This document shows positions 1 through 12,112 of a DNA stretch of 64,000 nucleotides, piece by piece. A program made the translations under genes and the position numbers. This DNA is from Mytilus californianus (Eukaryota): assembly GCF_021869535.1 (NCBI RefSeq), contig NW_026262637.1, positions 6,758,001-6,822,000 of the forward strand. The letters run 5' to 3'. The notes beneath the pieces are model-generated. The model saw only the letters and a list, made by a program, of their open reading frames with translations. It was not told the DNA's origin and did no database searches. Numbering within the stretch: position 1 is the first letter of the stretch; every line of letters starts with the position of its first letter.

Positions 1-2
1 AT

Positions 3-1613
3 GCTGATTACGAAAATTTTGAAATGAGATCAGAAAACAATGAAATCATCGAAGAGGGCATCGATATTGAAGGAATACAGTTAGACGAAATTGATGGCAA
101 AGAAATTCACGGTTCATTTGATGAAGGAGGAAAGAAGAAAAAGGTTAAGGTTACATTTGAGGAAAACGAAATACTTGGGTCAGATGAGGAAAGCATTGCT
201 AGTATTAATTCGTCTGACGTCAAAGATGAAAATTTTGTTGAAACACACTCAAACAATTCTGGAATTCGTCGGTCGGAAAACAATGAAAATGATTTTGTTG
301 AAACTAAGAAAGTCATCAAAGTAAGTGAAATGCCTTCATTGCTTCAAGCGTTGGCCAAATCTGAATCACGTGCAGTAGTTATGGCTAGCGCAAATAAAGA
401 AAAAAGAACGATTGCTTCTGATCAATTGGACGTCCATGAGAAAATTGCCGTGAATCAAAATAAATCTAGGATCTTTTCCGATGATAGCGAATCAGAAAAA
501 GATACAGATAGTCACAAATCGGACGAATTTACCAAGATTAACGATACAGGTATCGATCAAACATATTTGCATACTCAAGAAGATTCCAGGGAACCCATTG
601 TAAAATCGGTTAGTACTTCTGATTCATCGGAAAACGGTTCTATGGATGAATTTGAAAATCTAAATAATATGAATGAGACTATTGGACAACACGGCAACAA
701 AGAAAATGACAATAAAGAACTAACATCTATACCGCCATTGCCAAATATACAACCTCCAGATTTACAAAATTTTCAATCGATGATTTCTTCAGATTTTGTT
801 ATGACAGAGACACCAATAGACGTAGCAGATGCCAGTTCAGGCGATGAATCTGCGTCATTTTCCAATGGCAGGCAAGAACATATAAATGCTGATTCCACCT
901 TTGAAGCCACCTCAATACCTCCATTACCGTTAACAAAACCTCCCCCAACATTTGAACAAAATTCAAATGATAGTTATAATGTTTTCGAAGACCATTCGAT
1001 ATCAAACGTTGACAGCGACAGCGAAAACAAATCTGACATGAGTGAAAATCACCCGACACCTCCGATTCCAGCATCCCCGCCGCCAATATTTCAGCAGAAC
1101 CAAACAGAATTTCCTTACGATTCGTTTACAGTAATGACGAAGCCAGGTGGAATCCATACTGAGGACCAATCTCAAAATAAGCAATTAGGCTCGTCTATGG
1201 ATGATATGGATGATGAATATGATGTTCTCACTAATGATGACTTGATATCAGTTTCATCAGATCCAGATGAACTCATGCATGAGTCCTACGTTACCAATAC
1301 ATCTGCAAATCCTCAGCTGATTACAAATATTGAAGAGTTACCAGAGGAATCAGATGTTGGGTCCGATGTCATTTCTATCTCGGATACTAATAGCGAACCC
1401 GGTGAATATGAAAAACAGACAGATACCGCGTTATCTAGTTCTGCCGTAAATGCTGAGGTAGAGCAAAGATTTTCCAAAGTTATTAGTAGTCCCAAAATAA
1501 ACTTTTATGACGCTGAAACCAATACAAAAGTTATCGCTAGTCCTAAAATAAACTTTGATGACACTGATTCATACAACGAAAAGAGTGATACTGATAGCGA
1601 GTCTTCAGTGTAA
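3..1613 (+). CDS. C-terminal part (probably terminal exon) of an acidic, Ser/Asp/Glu-rich, largely low-complexity protein; 5' end lies outside the window
   Basis: The 529-aa ORF at 24-1613 stays open to the window edge (GCT GAT TAC GAA AAT TTT GAA ATG from position 3). It is 1.6 kb without a stop in AT-rich DNA, ends at TAA 1611-1613, and has AATAAA at 1801-1806. No domain recognised. Confidence 0.8.
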   Translation, partial: ADYENFEMRSENNEIIEEGIDIEGIQLDEIDGKEIHGSFDEGGKKKKVKVTFEENEILGSDEESIASINSSDVKDENFVETHSNNSGIRRSENNENDFVETKKVIKVSEMPSLLQALAKSESRAVVMASANKEKRTIASDQLDVHEKIAVNQNKSRIFSDDSESEKDTDSHKSDEFTKINDTGIDQTYLHTQEDSREPIVKSVSTSDSSENGSMDEFENLNNMNETIGQHGNKENDNKELTSIPPLPNIQPPDLQNFQSMISSDFVMTETPIDVADASSGDESASFSNGRQEHINADSTFEATSIPPLPLTKPPPTFEQNSNDSYNVFEDHSISNVDSDSENKSDMSENHPTPPIPASPPPIFQQNQTEFPYDSFTVMTKPGGIHTEDQSQNKQLGSSMDDMDDEYDVLTNDDLISVSSDPDELMHESYVTNTSANPQLITNIEELPEESDVGSDVISISDTNSEPGEYEKQTDTALSSSAVNAEVEQRFSKVISSPKINFYDAETNTKVIASPKINFDDTDSYNEKSDTDSESSV

Positions 1614-1978
1614 ATTTTAAATTTCATATATTAATAATAATAGTTATTTATCTAAAATCGTTTTGTAAATCATGCATCCAAAAACTCGCGGTAAAAACAA
1701 CACTTAAACTCATGTTAATGTAGTGCATTGGTGACTATAATGACACCATACAGGAAAAGTTCAATGAGACAGCAATCAACCAACTCAAGCTCACAGAAGA
1801 AATAAACATCTATTGACTGATACATTTTGAGTTTTCAACCATAAAAAAATACCAAAAACATACGGTGTAGACTACATTCCACAAGTTTAGACAAGTTGAA
1901 GGGACGATTGAATTTATAAAACATATTCCTTTTATGGAAAAACAATACTGAAGACGATCACTGACCGAATATGACTTG

Positions 1979-2236
1979 AGACATACACATCAACCTGTTA
2001 AAAGTTTAACTCATCTTTAAGACATACACATCAACCTGTTTAAAGTTTAACTCATCTTTAAGACATACACATCAACCTGTTAAAAGTTTTAACTCATCTT
2101 TAAGACATACACATCCACCTGTTAAAAGTTTTAACTCATCTTTAAGACATACACATAAACCTGTTAAAAGTTTTAACTCATCTTTAAGACATACACATCA
2201 ACCTGTTAAAAGTTTGACTTATCTTTAAGACATACA
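1979..2236. repeat. Minisatellite, about 6 copies of a 41-42-bp unit
   Basis: Unit AGACATACACATCAACCTGTTAAAAGTTT(T)AACTCATCTTTA repeated head to tail with few substitutions. Confidence 0.95.
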
Positions 2237-3334
2237 ATCCTTAAGGGGAAAATTCACTCTCAATTATATTTTATTCCAACTAAATGACCCGTGATGAGCT
2301 ACATATCCGTTTACTCTGACCCGTGAGCAGCTACATATCCATATACTCCAGTTGAGCAAATCTACCTAGATCACAATAAACTTCACTTAAACTATAAATA
2401 AAAGACTATTTGAGTATACGTCAACTAGACAGCAAAAGCCAAAAAGCCTACGGTCTTTTACAAAATATATGTCTATATAATATTTCAATTTAATATCTAA
2501 TTTGAGAAGTCGAGAAAGGTACTGAATACATTAAGTATCACTTCTTCCCAATGTTCTGCAGTTGTGCAAGCACTGTTATTTCTGTATTGAAAATTCTATA
2601 AATAGATTAATAATACAAAAACCAATACCGGGGTATGGCACTAATTGTTGTTGCTGTTAGTAGTGTTAGTAGCTGGTATAACTTGGCGGTGATATGAGTT
2701 ACAATAAAAATATAACCCAGGTAAACCAAGGAGGTTAAAAAGTAGGATCGCAGGGGCCATCTGAAAAAAAAAGAGTAGTACACATTCAGAAAAATGTACT
2801 TAAAACTGGCACTGAAAAGTGTTCGCTCCCCTCTTGATCCACCGCTGGCTTTAATGATGAAAATTAATTAGATAGTGTAGTGGAGGTGTAACAAGAATAT
2901 ACATGCACCAGTTCTTACTAGTTGCTGCATTTTCGATGTTCTTAGTTATATCGCTCCAAATTTGAAAAGTACAAGCTGTCGTATTACCAATGTCATAATT
3001 CTAACCCAAAATACCACGAGTCTCTATATAAGTCCTATATCATTAGAACCTAATATAATTTTCTATATGATCACATTGACGGGTATGTGGATTGCACGAC
3101 TAAATAGGAGCAAATGTGGATGATTGATACAAATGTGGATGATTGATACAAGACTGAACCCCTAAAAAGTATGCATGTAAGTTAAAACTCAAAATTAAAT
3201 AATCATTAAATCCTCTTGAAATGGAATATCAGGTTGTCCGGAAGTATTGGTATGTCAAATAATGTATGTGGCATCCAATGTTAGACTACTCCAGCACCGG
3301 TTTCACTGGAAAATAAACTTAATCAGTAGATATA

Positions 3335-3975
3335 AAAATAAGAAGATGTGGTATCATTACCAATGAGACAACTCTCCAGAAGAGACCAAATGACATAGAA
3401 ATTATTAATAATAGGTCACCGTACGGCCTTCAACAATGAGCAAAACCCATATCGCATAGTTAGTTATAAATGGCCTCAAAATGACAAATGTAAAAAATTT
3501 CAAACGAGAAAACTAACGGCCTGATTTGTGTACAAAATAAAGAACGAAAAACAAATATGATATATAGCAACAAACGACAACTACTGAATAACAGGCTCCT
3601 GACTTGGGACAGGCACATACAGAATGTGGCGGGGTTAAACTAGTTTGAAGGCGCTAACCCTCCCCGAACCTGGGACAGTGGTGTAACAGTAAAACATAGG
3701 AACAAACTATAAAAATCAGTTGAAAAGGGCTTAGCTCATCCGATCGATACAAAGCAGAAATACATCTAACAAAAACACAGACCGGTTGTGGCAGGGTACG
3801 TATACCTCCCACAACAAGAAAGAAACCAAGTCAGTACAGATCTGGGAGTACTCGCAGTTACTGACAGCTAGTTTAACAATGTTTAAGCCAATAACAACTA
3901 ATAAAAAAAACATGCATCTAAGACTAAAATATCAATCAGTACACATCCAACACCCAATGGATTTAGTGTAAAGAC
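3335..3975 (+). mobile_element. Dispersed repeat family common in this genome (AAGAAGATGTGGTATGATTGCCAATGAGACAACTCTCCA... type), non-coding
   Basis: A long homologous copy lies at 46008-46370. Fragments lie at about 13270-13375 (-), 16290-16345 (-), 30975-31030 (+), 53625-53740 (-) and 57850-57880 (-). Confidence 0.8.
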
Positions 3976-4039
3976 GTATGCATTCCTAAGGGAACATTAT
4001 GTGATCCTCTGTTTGTAGACTTGTCCATTTATTCGTACG

Positions 4040-4330
4040 GGTTGATAATTGCATCTATCCCATTAAACTTGAAATAAAAGATACCACCAATATAGAGTGT
4101 GTCTGCTTCATACCTCGACTTAAAAAACATTTTGAGTCTCGTTGAAGAATTAAACTTTACAAAAAAGAGATGAGATAACTGTTCTCACTGTGTACTCTCC
4201 ATTTTTCACTATTTCATGTTGATTTTCGGATATTTCAGAGTTTGCGATCCATAATGTTGCTTAAAAGGAAGCAACAAAAACCAAGTGTTCCTAACGACAA
4301 AGTTGAATATGAATAAAAGGAGATTAGGGA
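4040..4330 (+). pseudogene. Decayed Penelope-like retroelement RT fragment (C-terminal RT region), a different lineage from the young element at 31-39 kb
   Basis: Frameshifted peptides VDNCIYPIKLEIKDTT / SASYLDL / RIKLYKKRD / NQVFLTTKLN resemble the IYPxELEIKDTT-SASYLDL-TKLYDKRDDF motif string that I recall from mollusc PLE RTs. Confidence 0.6.
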
Positions 4331-6283
4331 TATACGCCAGTTTAACAGTAAACCAACGACAAGAAAAACCAAAATATAGAGTGCAATTAACACACAGTTT
4401 TTAACAATAGACGGGGTTCTATACAAATTTCAAGCTCTAATTCACTCATCATCTGTTTGATGTTTTACGGACGCCAACAGAAATTAGTGGCCGTCACGAT
4501 GAAAACGAACAAACAATATTTACACGTCTAGTAAAAATGTAACCAATAGCGACAGAATAAACCAGTCGTTATATTCCGCTCGCTACATCAAGCGTTTCAT
4601 CCGAAAGGCTATTGGCCGCAAGAGGGAACACGTATATATATACAGTTTTCGATAATCGATTGCATAGACTTTTTGAATAAATTACTCAATCAATCAATCA
4701 AACTTTTATTTTTAACCAACTTATACGATTTGTGACAAAAACAACATTAACATAATGACAAAAAAAAGCATGTATAATCATATTAAACAAACTAATGAAA
4801 ATAGTTCAAAATTCAAATATGAGTCCCCTATCCTTAGTGCCAATGACTTTTTTATAAAGGAACCTATGCTTTCTACCTGTTTTTGTGTTGATGGGCAAAG
4901 AATATTTATCATTTTTTCATTTTCATTGAGGCTATTAAAATTTCTATACTTTTAGCCTTTGTTAATTTTTCAATACAAACTGGTCTAATGGAAGCGTTTT
5001 TCCTGCAATACAAAAGAAAATGTTTTTCATCCTCAATTGTATTGCAGGACTGACACAACCGGTTTTCCGTAGGGATTTTTAGGTTTCTCCCTTTTTCTAT
5101 TAATAAATTATGATGACTTAATCTTAATTAAGTGATATTACGTCTATTTTCAAATATATTAGAATTCAGATATGTTTCTATTTTATTACTTTGTTTTAAT
5201 GTTTTATATAATAGAAGTTTACTGCTATTATCTATTTTCTCAAATTTATATTTATATAATTTTTCATAATGATTAAGGAGTTTAACTTTTAATTCTATTC
5301 ATTGCTTAGTCAATTCAATTCAATTCAAAAAAGAATTATACCTTCGAGTGCTAAATCTAAAGATAAATGGGGTCGAAATTTTAGAAACTTTCTTAAAATT
5401 TCGGTTTGTTGGAAATTTCTATCCTTTGGACTAACATATTTAACTTTTTTGTTTCAAAAGATAAACACATGCAGAATTTTGTAAAAAGATTTGGAATATT
5501 TGCTTTACAAAGGTATATATACATGCTCTTAATTTGTGTAATAATTCTTTGAAAATAATTCATTTTTATTAAAATTTCATGATTTTTGTAAAAGACGGTA
5601 TTTTTTGCTACATATTTATCTAATTTAAAAAAAGTTCATCGTTGTTTTTTCATAAAAATTGGAACGAATAATCTTCGTACAGTATCAAATCGAATGTCCT
5701 TTTTAAGAAGAAGGGTCCATGTACTCGTTTTCAAGTTAATGATTAAATGCATCTGGATTCTTAGTTTAAGTTTAAACATATTTTATTTGCATAAACACAA
5801 ATTGGATGAGACACAAGTCAAACAGACTTATGAAGTCTTCTCCATTTAACATATTTAACAATACAATATATAAGAGCATGCATACATTACATATTATTTC
5901 AACATTTGTATAAATTGGACAGAAAAATTAAGTGGCAAAAAAGTAGTAGAGAGAGAAAAAATTAAAATAATAGAACACAAAAAAAAAGGAAATAAATTAA
6001 TAAAAAAAAATGCATCTTTTCCCCATATGTCGCCATTTGACGTCGCGAAAAATAACATATTACGTTAGCAATGTCATTACCTCCCCTGTAACTGTATCGT
6101 ATGCCCTTAAATCACAAAAAAAAATACCATTGCTTTCTTCTTATTAAAGTACCAACATTACGATCAGTTTCAATTCAAAGGTTATGTGAAGACAAATGAA
6201 TATTGTAATACATTTTCGAAAAAGGTACAGGAAAGAAATATTTGTTAGTAAAATTGTAAAACTAAATTGTGTTACCAACATTT

Positions 6284-7095
6284 TGATTGAGTTGACTGAG
6301 TTAATACTTGTTAATCAATCTTGTTCAATCGAATCTATCGTAACTATCGAGGGTTTGCGCTTTTTATTGAGGTGATTGAGTTGACATTTGTTGAAAAATC
6401 GCGTTCAATCGTATTTATCATAACGATCGAGGGTTTGCACGTTTTTACTGAGTTGATTGAGTTGGTATTTGTAAATCAATCGTATCTATCGTAACAATCG
6501 CGGGTTAGCAATTTTTAATTGCTTTGATAGAGTTGATATTTAATTTTCAATCATGATCAATCGTATCTGTCGTAACGATCGGGGGTTTTCAAATTTAATT
6601 CAGTTAATTCAGTTGATATTTGGTAATCAATCGTATAAATCGAAAGTTTGCAATTTTTATTGAGTTGATTGAATAGATATGTGTTAATCAATCGTGATCA
6701 ATCGTAACGATCGAGGGTTTGCAAATTTGATTGAGTTGATTGAGTTGATATTTGATAATCAATCGTGCTTAATCGTAAATTTCGTGATGATCGAGGGTTT
6801 GCAATTTATATTGAGTTGATGTTTGGTAATCAATTGTGTTCGATCTTTTCTATATCTTAACCATCGAGGTTTGCATTTTACTGAGTTTATTTAGTTGATA
6901 TTTGTTAATCAATCGCGATCAGTTGTATATATCGTAACGATTGAGAGTTTTCAATTTTAATTGAGTTGATTAAGTTGATTTGTGGTTATCCATTTTGATT
7001 AATCGTATCTATTGTAAAGATCGAGGAATTGATATGAGTTGACTTAGTTGACAGCTGGTTATCAGCTGTGATCAATCGTATCAATTGTAACAATA
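6284..7095. repeat. Degenerate tandem repeat, about 10-11 units of 60-81 bp (full unit about 80 bp)
   Basis: The landmark TCGAGGGTTTGC and its variants recur at about 6347, 6427, 6498, 6579, 6640, 6711, 6791, 6864, 6941 and 7021. Each unit has TTGATTGAGTTGAT and AATCAATCG. Confidence 0.85.
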
Positions 7096-7479
7096 AAGTT
7101 CTTATTACGTTCTGGGAAATAATATATTATTAGTATAATAGTCCCAGTTACCTTGTAATGAGTTGAATTGTAATCTGTCCAGGAATTACTTTTCCGTATC
7201 TTCCTGTTGATGAGTTAAATATGTTACCTTTTTATCACGTGGGGGTCTCAACCTACAAATTCGGGCGCAGATGTCCGACTGGGTTTTGTAATCCCCCCAC
7301 GCCATTTATATATTGAATTATGCAATAATCCCTACCCATTTATATATTTCATAAGAGAATCACAACCCATTTATATATATTTCCCGGCTATCGTGACATC
7401 TTATTTCAATGAGATGTTAACCTCATGGGACCCATGATTCATAATATGAGATAAAAAAAATCAGAACACAGTTTTTTTT

Positions 7480-9700
7480 AGCAGACATCTTAACAGATGA
7501 ACATGTATGACCCATTGACATATAATAAGTTAGAATAAACAGAGATTAAAGATATGGAAAACTACAAAACCTACAGAAATTTGACCTCTTCAAAAATATG
7601 GTCATCTAAACATTGCTAAAAGAGCATACTTTAAAAATGCGATTAAAACCGATCGCAACTGCAAACAGATATGGAAACACCTCAAAGATCTAAATCACTC
7701 GGGCAAAAATAATACATCACCAGTCTTAAAACAGATAATGATTATATTACGAATTTGACAGATATTGTTGAACATCTTAATGATCACTTTAGTTCTATAG
7801 GTCATAAATTAGTGCCTAATCCCAAAACCACTTTCTCTTCAGATAGTAAGTTTAGCATATCGTTTGTGAAGAGCATGATAAGAGAAAATGTCTGCTTTTC
7901 CCTCTATTCTGTTTCAATATCTGAAGTAATCAATGAACTTGTTAAACTAGATGTAAATAAGTCAACAGGGCTTGATGAAGTTGGACCGCGTATCCTTAAA
8001 CTATCTTCACCAATTGTATCTGAGTCGTTTGCACATATTGTTAACTTAAGTCTCTGTACAGGTATTTTTCCTGATAAGCTAAAGGAAGCTATAGGTTTAT
8101 ATCTCTCCACAAGGGTGGGGATGCACCTGATATGAACAATTATAGACCAATATCCATACTCCCAACCGTTTCCAAAATTTTTGAAAAATTGGTATTTAAG
8201 CAACTATATGCATATTTCTCAAAATTAAAGCTTCTTTAAGGCTGCAATCGGGCTTTAGATCTGGACATTCATGTAACACTGCCCTCCTTAAATTAATTGA
8301 TGCATGGCTTATTTAAATGCAAGGGAATATTTAACTTGTGCTCTTTTTCTAGACTTTAGAAAAGCATTTGATATTGTTAATCATCATATTTTACTGAGCA
8401 AATTACAAATGTATCACTGATGATCATGCTATTGATTCAATTTGGTTTAAATCTCATTGATTAGGAAGATTTCAAAAGGTAATGATCAATGATATTGAAT
8501 CTCATTTCAGAGAAGTTCAGTCAGGAATTCCACAGGGTTCCATACTAGGACCTACACTTTTTATAATATTTATCAATGATATATCTCTTGTGCTTGGAAA
8601 TGTTTCTTCTGAACTTTATGCTGATGATACAACATTATATAAGTCATCTCCATCAGTAACAGATTTGAATGCATTTATGAATGTAGATTTTTGTAATGTT
8701 ATGAATTGGTGTAATGATAATGATATGATATTCAATAGAGATAAGACTAAGTTCATGTTAATTCGTTCTAATAGACAAAACATCTTAGAAACAGAATTAA
8801 GTATCAAATTTGATGATGAACATATAATAGACGTCGTTCATAATCAAAAACGGCTAGGAATCCATATTGACAAATCTCTTTCGTGGGAAAATCAAATTGA
8901 CAAACTTTGTGCAGTAATCGTAAGCAGACTGCATCTTATGGGCCGACTAAAAGCATATCTTCCAGTAAGTAATCTCAAACTATATTATAATAGATATACA
9001 TACTTTCAATTATGGACTACTGCTGTGTTGTATGGGGAAATGCTTCAAAACTAATATTGACAAATTATACAAGTTACAAAAGAGGGCAGCAAGAATCGTT
9101 TTTAATGCAAGTTTTGATATCTCTTCATCAGATATGTTTAAAAAGTTAGGATGGCTTACCATTTATAATAGAATTAAATATTTTATGATAGTGATGGTTT
9201 ATAAGTGTATGAATAATCTAGCACCTGAATATTTATCTGAACTATTTTCAAGTTGTTCAGTTGTTAATAAATACGCATTTAGATCATCTTCCCAAAATAA
9301 TATATTTGTTCAACGATATGAAGCTAATAATGGTAAAAGAACATCTATGTATTCTGGAACCTTGTTGGGGAATTCCTTGCCTTTGACTTTGAAAGAAAGT
9401 AAAAGTATAAATGTTTTTAAAACAAAATGTCAAGCTTATCTCTTGAAAATACAAGAAGAGAACTTTTCGCAGTTTTAATGTAACAATTTTACTACAAATA
9501 TACTTTTTATTTAAGTAAATTGTAATTGTCTACCCGTACTATATATTTGCTCTTGTATGCAGTGTAGTATGTTTTTGCTTTATTACCCTTTTGTTTATGT
9601 ATTATTATCTTTTAGAAATTGTGTATTCTTATATGTAGATTAGAACACCACGGGGTGGATTAACTGTTTTGTTAACTGTGTAACCTTCTGAAAATAAAGA

Positions 9701-9737
<37 letters not shown>
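7480..9737 (+). mobile_element. 5'-truncated, decayed non-LTR retrotransposon (CR1/L2-group LINE) with RT remnants and intact 3' tail
   Basis: Broken ORFs 7755-8135, 8482-9054 and 9032-9478, plus NYRPISILPTVSKIFEK, QSGFRSGHSCNTALL, LDFRKAFDIVNH, GIPQGSILGP and YADD. AATAAA at 9693-9698 is followed by a (TTA)11 tail at 9703-9736. Confidence 0.9.
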
Positions 9738-11225
9738 AATTTCTACCTCCCTGAAATTGCACCCCATTGAAATATTTGACATTTCAAAAAAGTTACCCAT
9801 ACCAACAGGACGTCTCTGTATACTTTTATATAGGAAGAGAACCGCGATTAAGTAAAGGTAAGTAACTCCATTTGCCTCGTTCTCATGACAAGGGCAGATT
9901 TCTTTGGCAGACGATTGGTATATTGGTGATGATGTCAAATTAACAGATTAACGAAAGACCTTTATACCATAAATGAGGAACGACGGCAACCCCTCGAATA
10001 GTATGATCAATTTACGGAATGTTTTGTCACAGTAATACACTATACGTCTATGAAATACACCAAAATAAGTCACCATATGATTATGATTATGTCTTATGAT
10101 ACACAGTCACAGGCACTTGTTTCTGTAAAAACAGGGGTCACCATCATTTTTAAATTTCTTCAAAGAAAAATATTTTGATTCTGATATAATACAGGTTGGA
10201 AACAACCAATTGAGAGATATATTCTGTTGTAGAAAAGAAAAAGAAAAAATTGCCTTTTTAACTTATAAAGCCATGAATGATTAAAGGGGGAAATTCATTA
10301 TATTTGGAAAAACTTTTAATAAGATTACAATACATAAACTATTAATTTCCCCATAGGTGACAATGATAGCCTTTTTTGAGATAGAGACTTTAGAAAGTTA
10401 ATTTTTTTAACGAAACCTTACTACAATTAAAGAAAAGTTATTCGGACAGTATTTTTTGGTCCAAAAAATATAGGTTTCCGTGGCTTTTCTTAACGTAATT
10501 TGTACTTATCTCCCTTGCCTATCAATTCTGCACTTAAAAACATGTGTCTCATCTTAGCGTAGAAAAGACATCTCAGTTCCGTTATGGCTAAGGAAAATAT
10601 ATTATTTTGCCTTTGGTATAATGCAGAAAGTCTCTATTAATAAAAAATAACGGGTGCACATATCGACCAATCAGGATTAGCCATACCCTTAATTCTGAAT
10701 ACCATGTTATCTATCTTCATAAAATGGCTGCGCCCATAATATTTAATGGTTGATTGTAACCTATACAGTATTTAATATTTTCTAAAATCATGCAATTTAT
10801 GGTCCATAAGATGCACAAACATATATGCCACAGATATATCAACCTCAAAACTTTTTCTCATTACTCTATGAATTTTCACAATTTTTTATTTGAGGTGCAG
10901 ACCCCAGTCTAAAAATGAAAAAAAAAATCCTGTTTCTTTTTTAGTAAATGTGGTACTGCTAAAAAGGATAGATCTGAAGATAATGTCCATTTACTCCAAT
11001 GATTCTTTATATGTCATCAAGTACTGATTATATTGATACCAAAACCGATTCAATATGTAACTGCTACGGTGAATTTTATACAACAGTTTTAAAAGAAACC
11101 ATTTTCGTATAAAAGTACATTTTTGAAACAGACTATAGCATTTCAAAATATGAAAAATGTGAAAATATTTGTATTTTAACATTGAAAACTATTTTTTAAC
11201 TTCAAAATGTCATGCCTATTCCAAT

Positions 11226-11517
11226 TTTTATACGACCGCAAAGTCATATTGGTATGACGTTGGCGTTGTCGTTTAAAGACACATTGGTTTTCGCACTCTA
11301 ACTTTAGTTTAAGTGAATGGATCTCTATGAAATTTTACCATAAGGTTGAATACCACAAAAGAAAGGTTGGGATTGATTTTGGGGGTTATGGTACCAACAG
11401 TTAAGGAATTAGGGGCCAAAAAGGGGCCAAAAATAAGCATTTTTGTAACTTCCAGACATAACTTGTGTGTTAGTGTATGGATCTCTCTGACATTGTACCA
11501 CAAGGTTCCATATCTAT
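11226..11517 (+). mobile_element. Helentron-associated (HINE/DINE-1-like) non-autonomous element fragment
   Basis: Starts TTTTTATACGACCGCAAAGTCATATTGGTATGACGTTGGCGTTGTCG in a T-run. The internal core unit (AGTGAATGGATCTCTATGAAATT / AGTGTATGGATCTCTCTGACATT) is repeated. Confidence 0.55.
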
Positions 11518-12112
11518 CAATATTTTAATAAAATTTATGTCCCCAGATTAATTTTCCTAGGAAATCATGTCCATGTCATTAATATTCCTAGATAAAAACG
11601 TCCATGTCCTTTATTTTAAAAGGTAAAATTTAATGAAATAAATTATTTACATGTAAACAATGGAAATTCAATTTTTATGTTTTAATATTGTTCAAGAGTT
11701 GTGCATTAATATTTTAATAAAATTCATGTCACCAGACTAATTTTCCTAGGAATACATGTCTATGTCATTAATATTCCTAGGTAAAAACGTCCATGCCCTA
11801 CATGTATATTTTAATAGGAAAAAATTAATGAAACTTTCCAATCTTAACTAAGAAAATATGTTTTTTTGCTTCCTGAATGTAAACGTGTCCCAGACTTTTT
11901 TCCTAGGTAATCAAGTCCATGATCATAATTTTACTGGAAAAACAAGTATTAGGACAATTTTCCTAGGAATAAAAGTGCCAGACATATTTTACTGGCTAGG
12001 GACTTATTTTTCTAGGAAATTTTGTCCTGGGACTTACATTCCTAGTAAAATCATGGTCATAGACTTGATTACCTAGGAAAAAAAGTCTACTGGACCAAAT
12101 TTACTGTTACAT
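11518..12112. repeat. CCTAGG-motif-rich repeat block with a roughly 190-bp internal duplication
   Basis: 11518-11700 closely resembles 11706-11850, and TTTTCCTAGG / TTCCTAG recurs many times. Confidence 0.6.

Noticed and set aside
4430-4660. CpG-rich patch with CCAAT boxes as a promoter
   Set aside because: No linked first exon was identified, and such short motifs occur by chance.
5273-6110. TTAA-flanked MITE
   Set aside because: The right end looks like a transposon terminus, but the left end shows no matching TIR.
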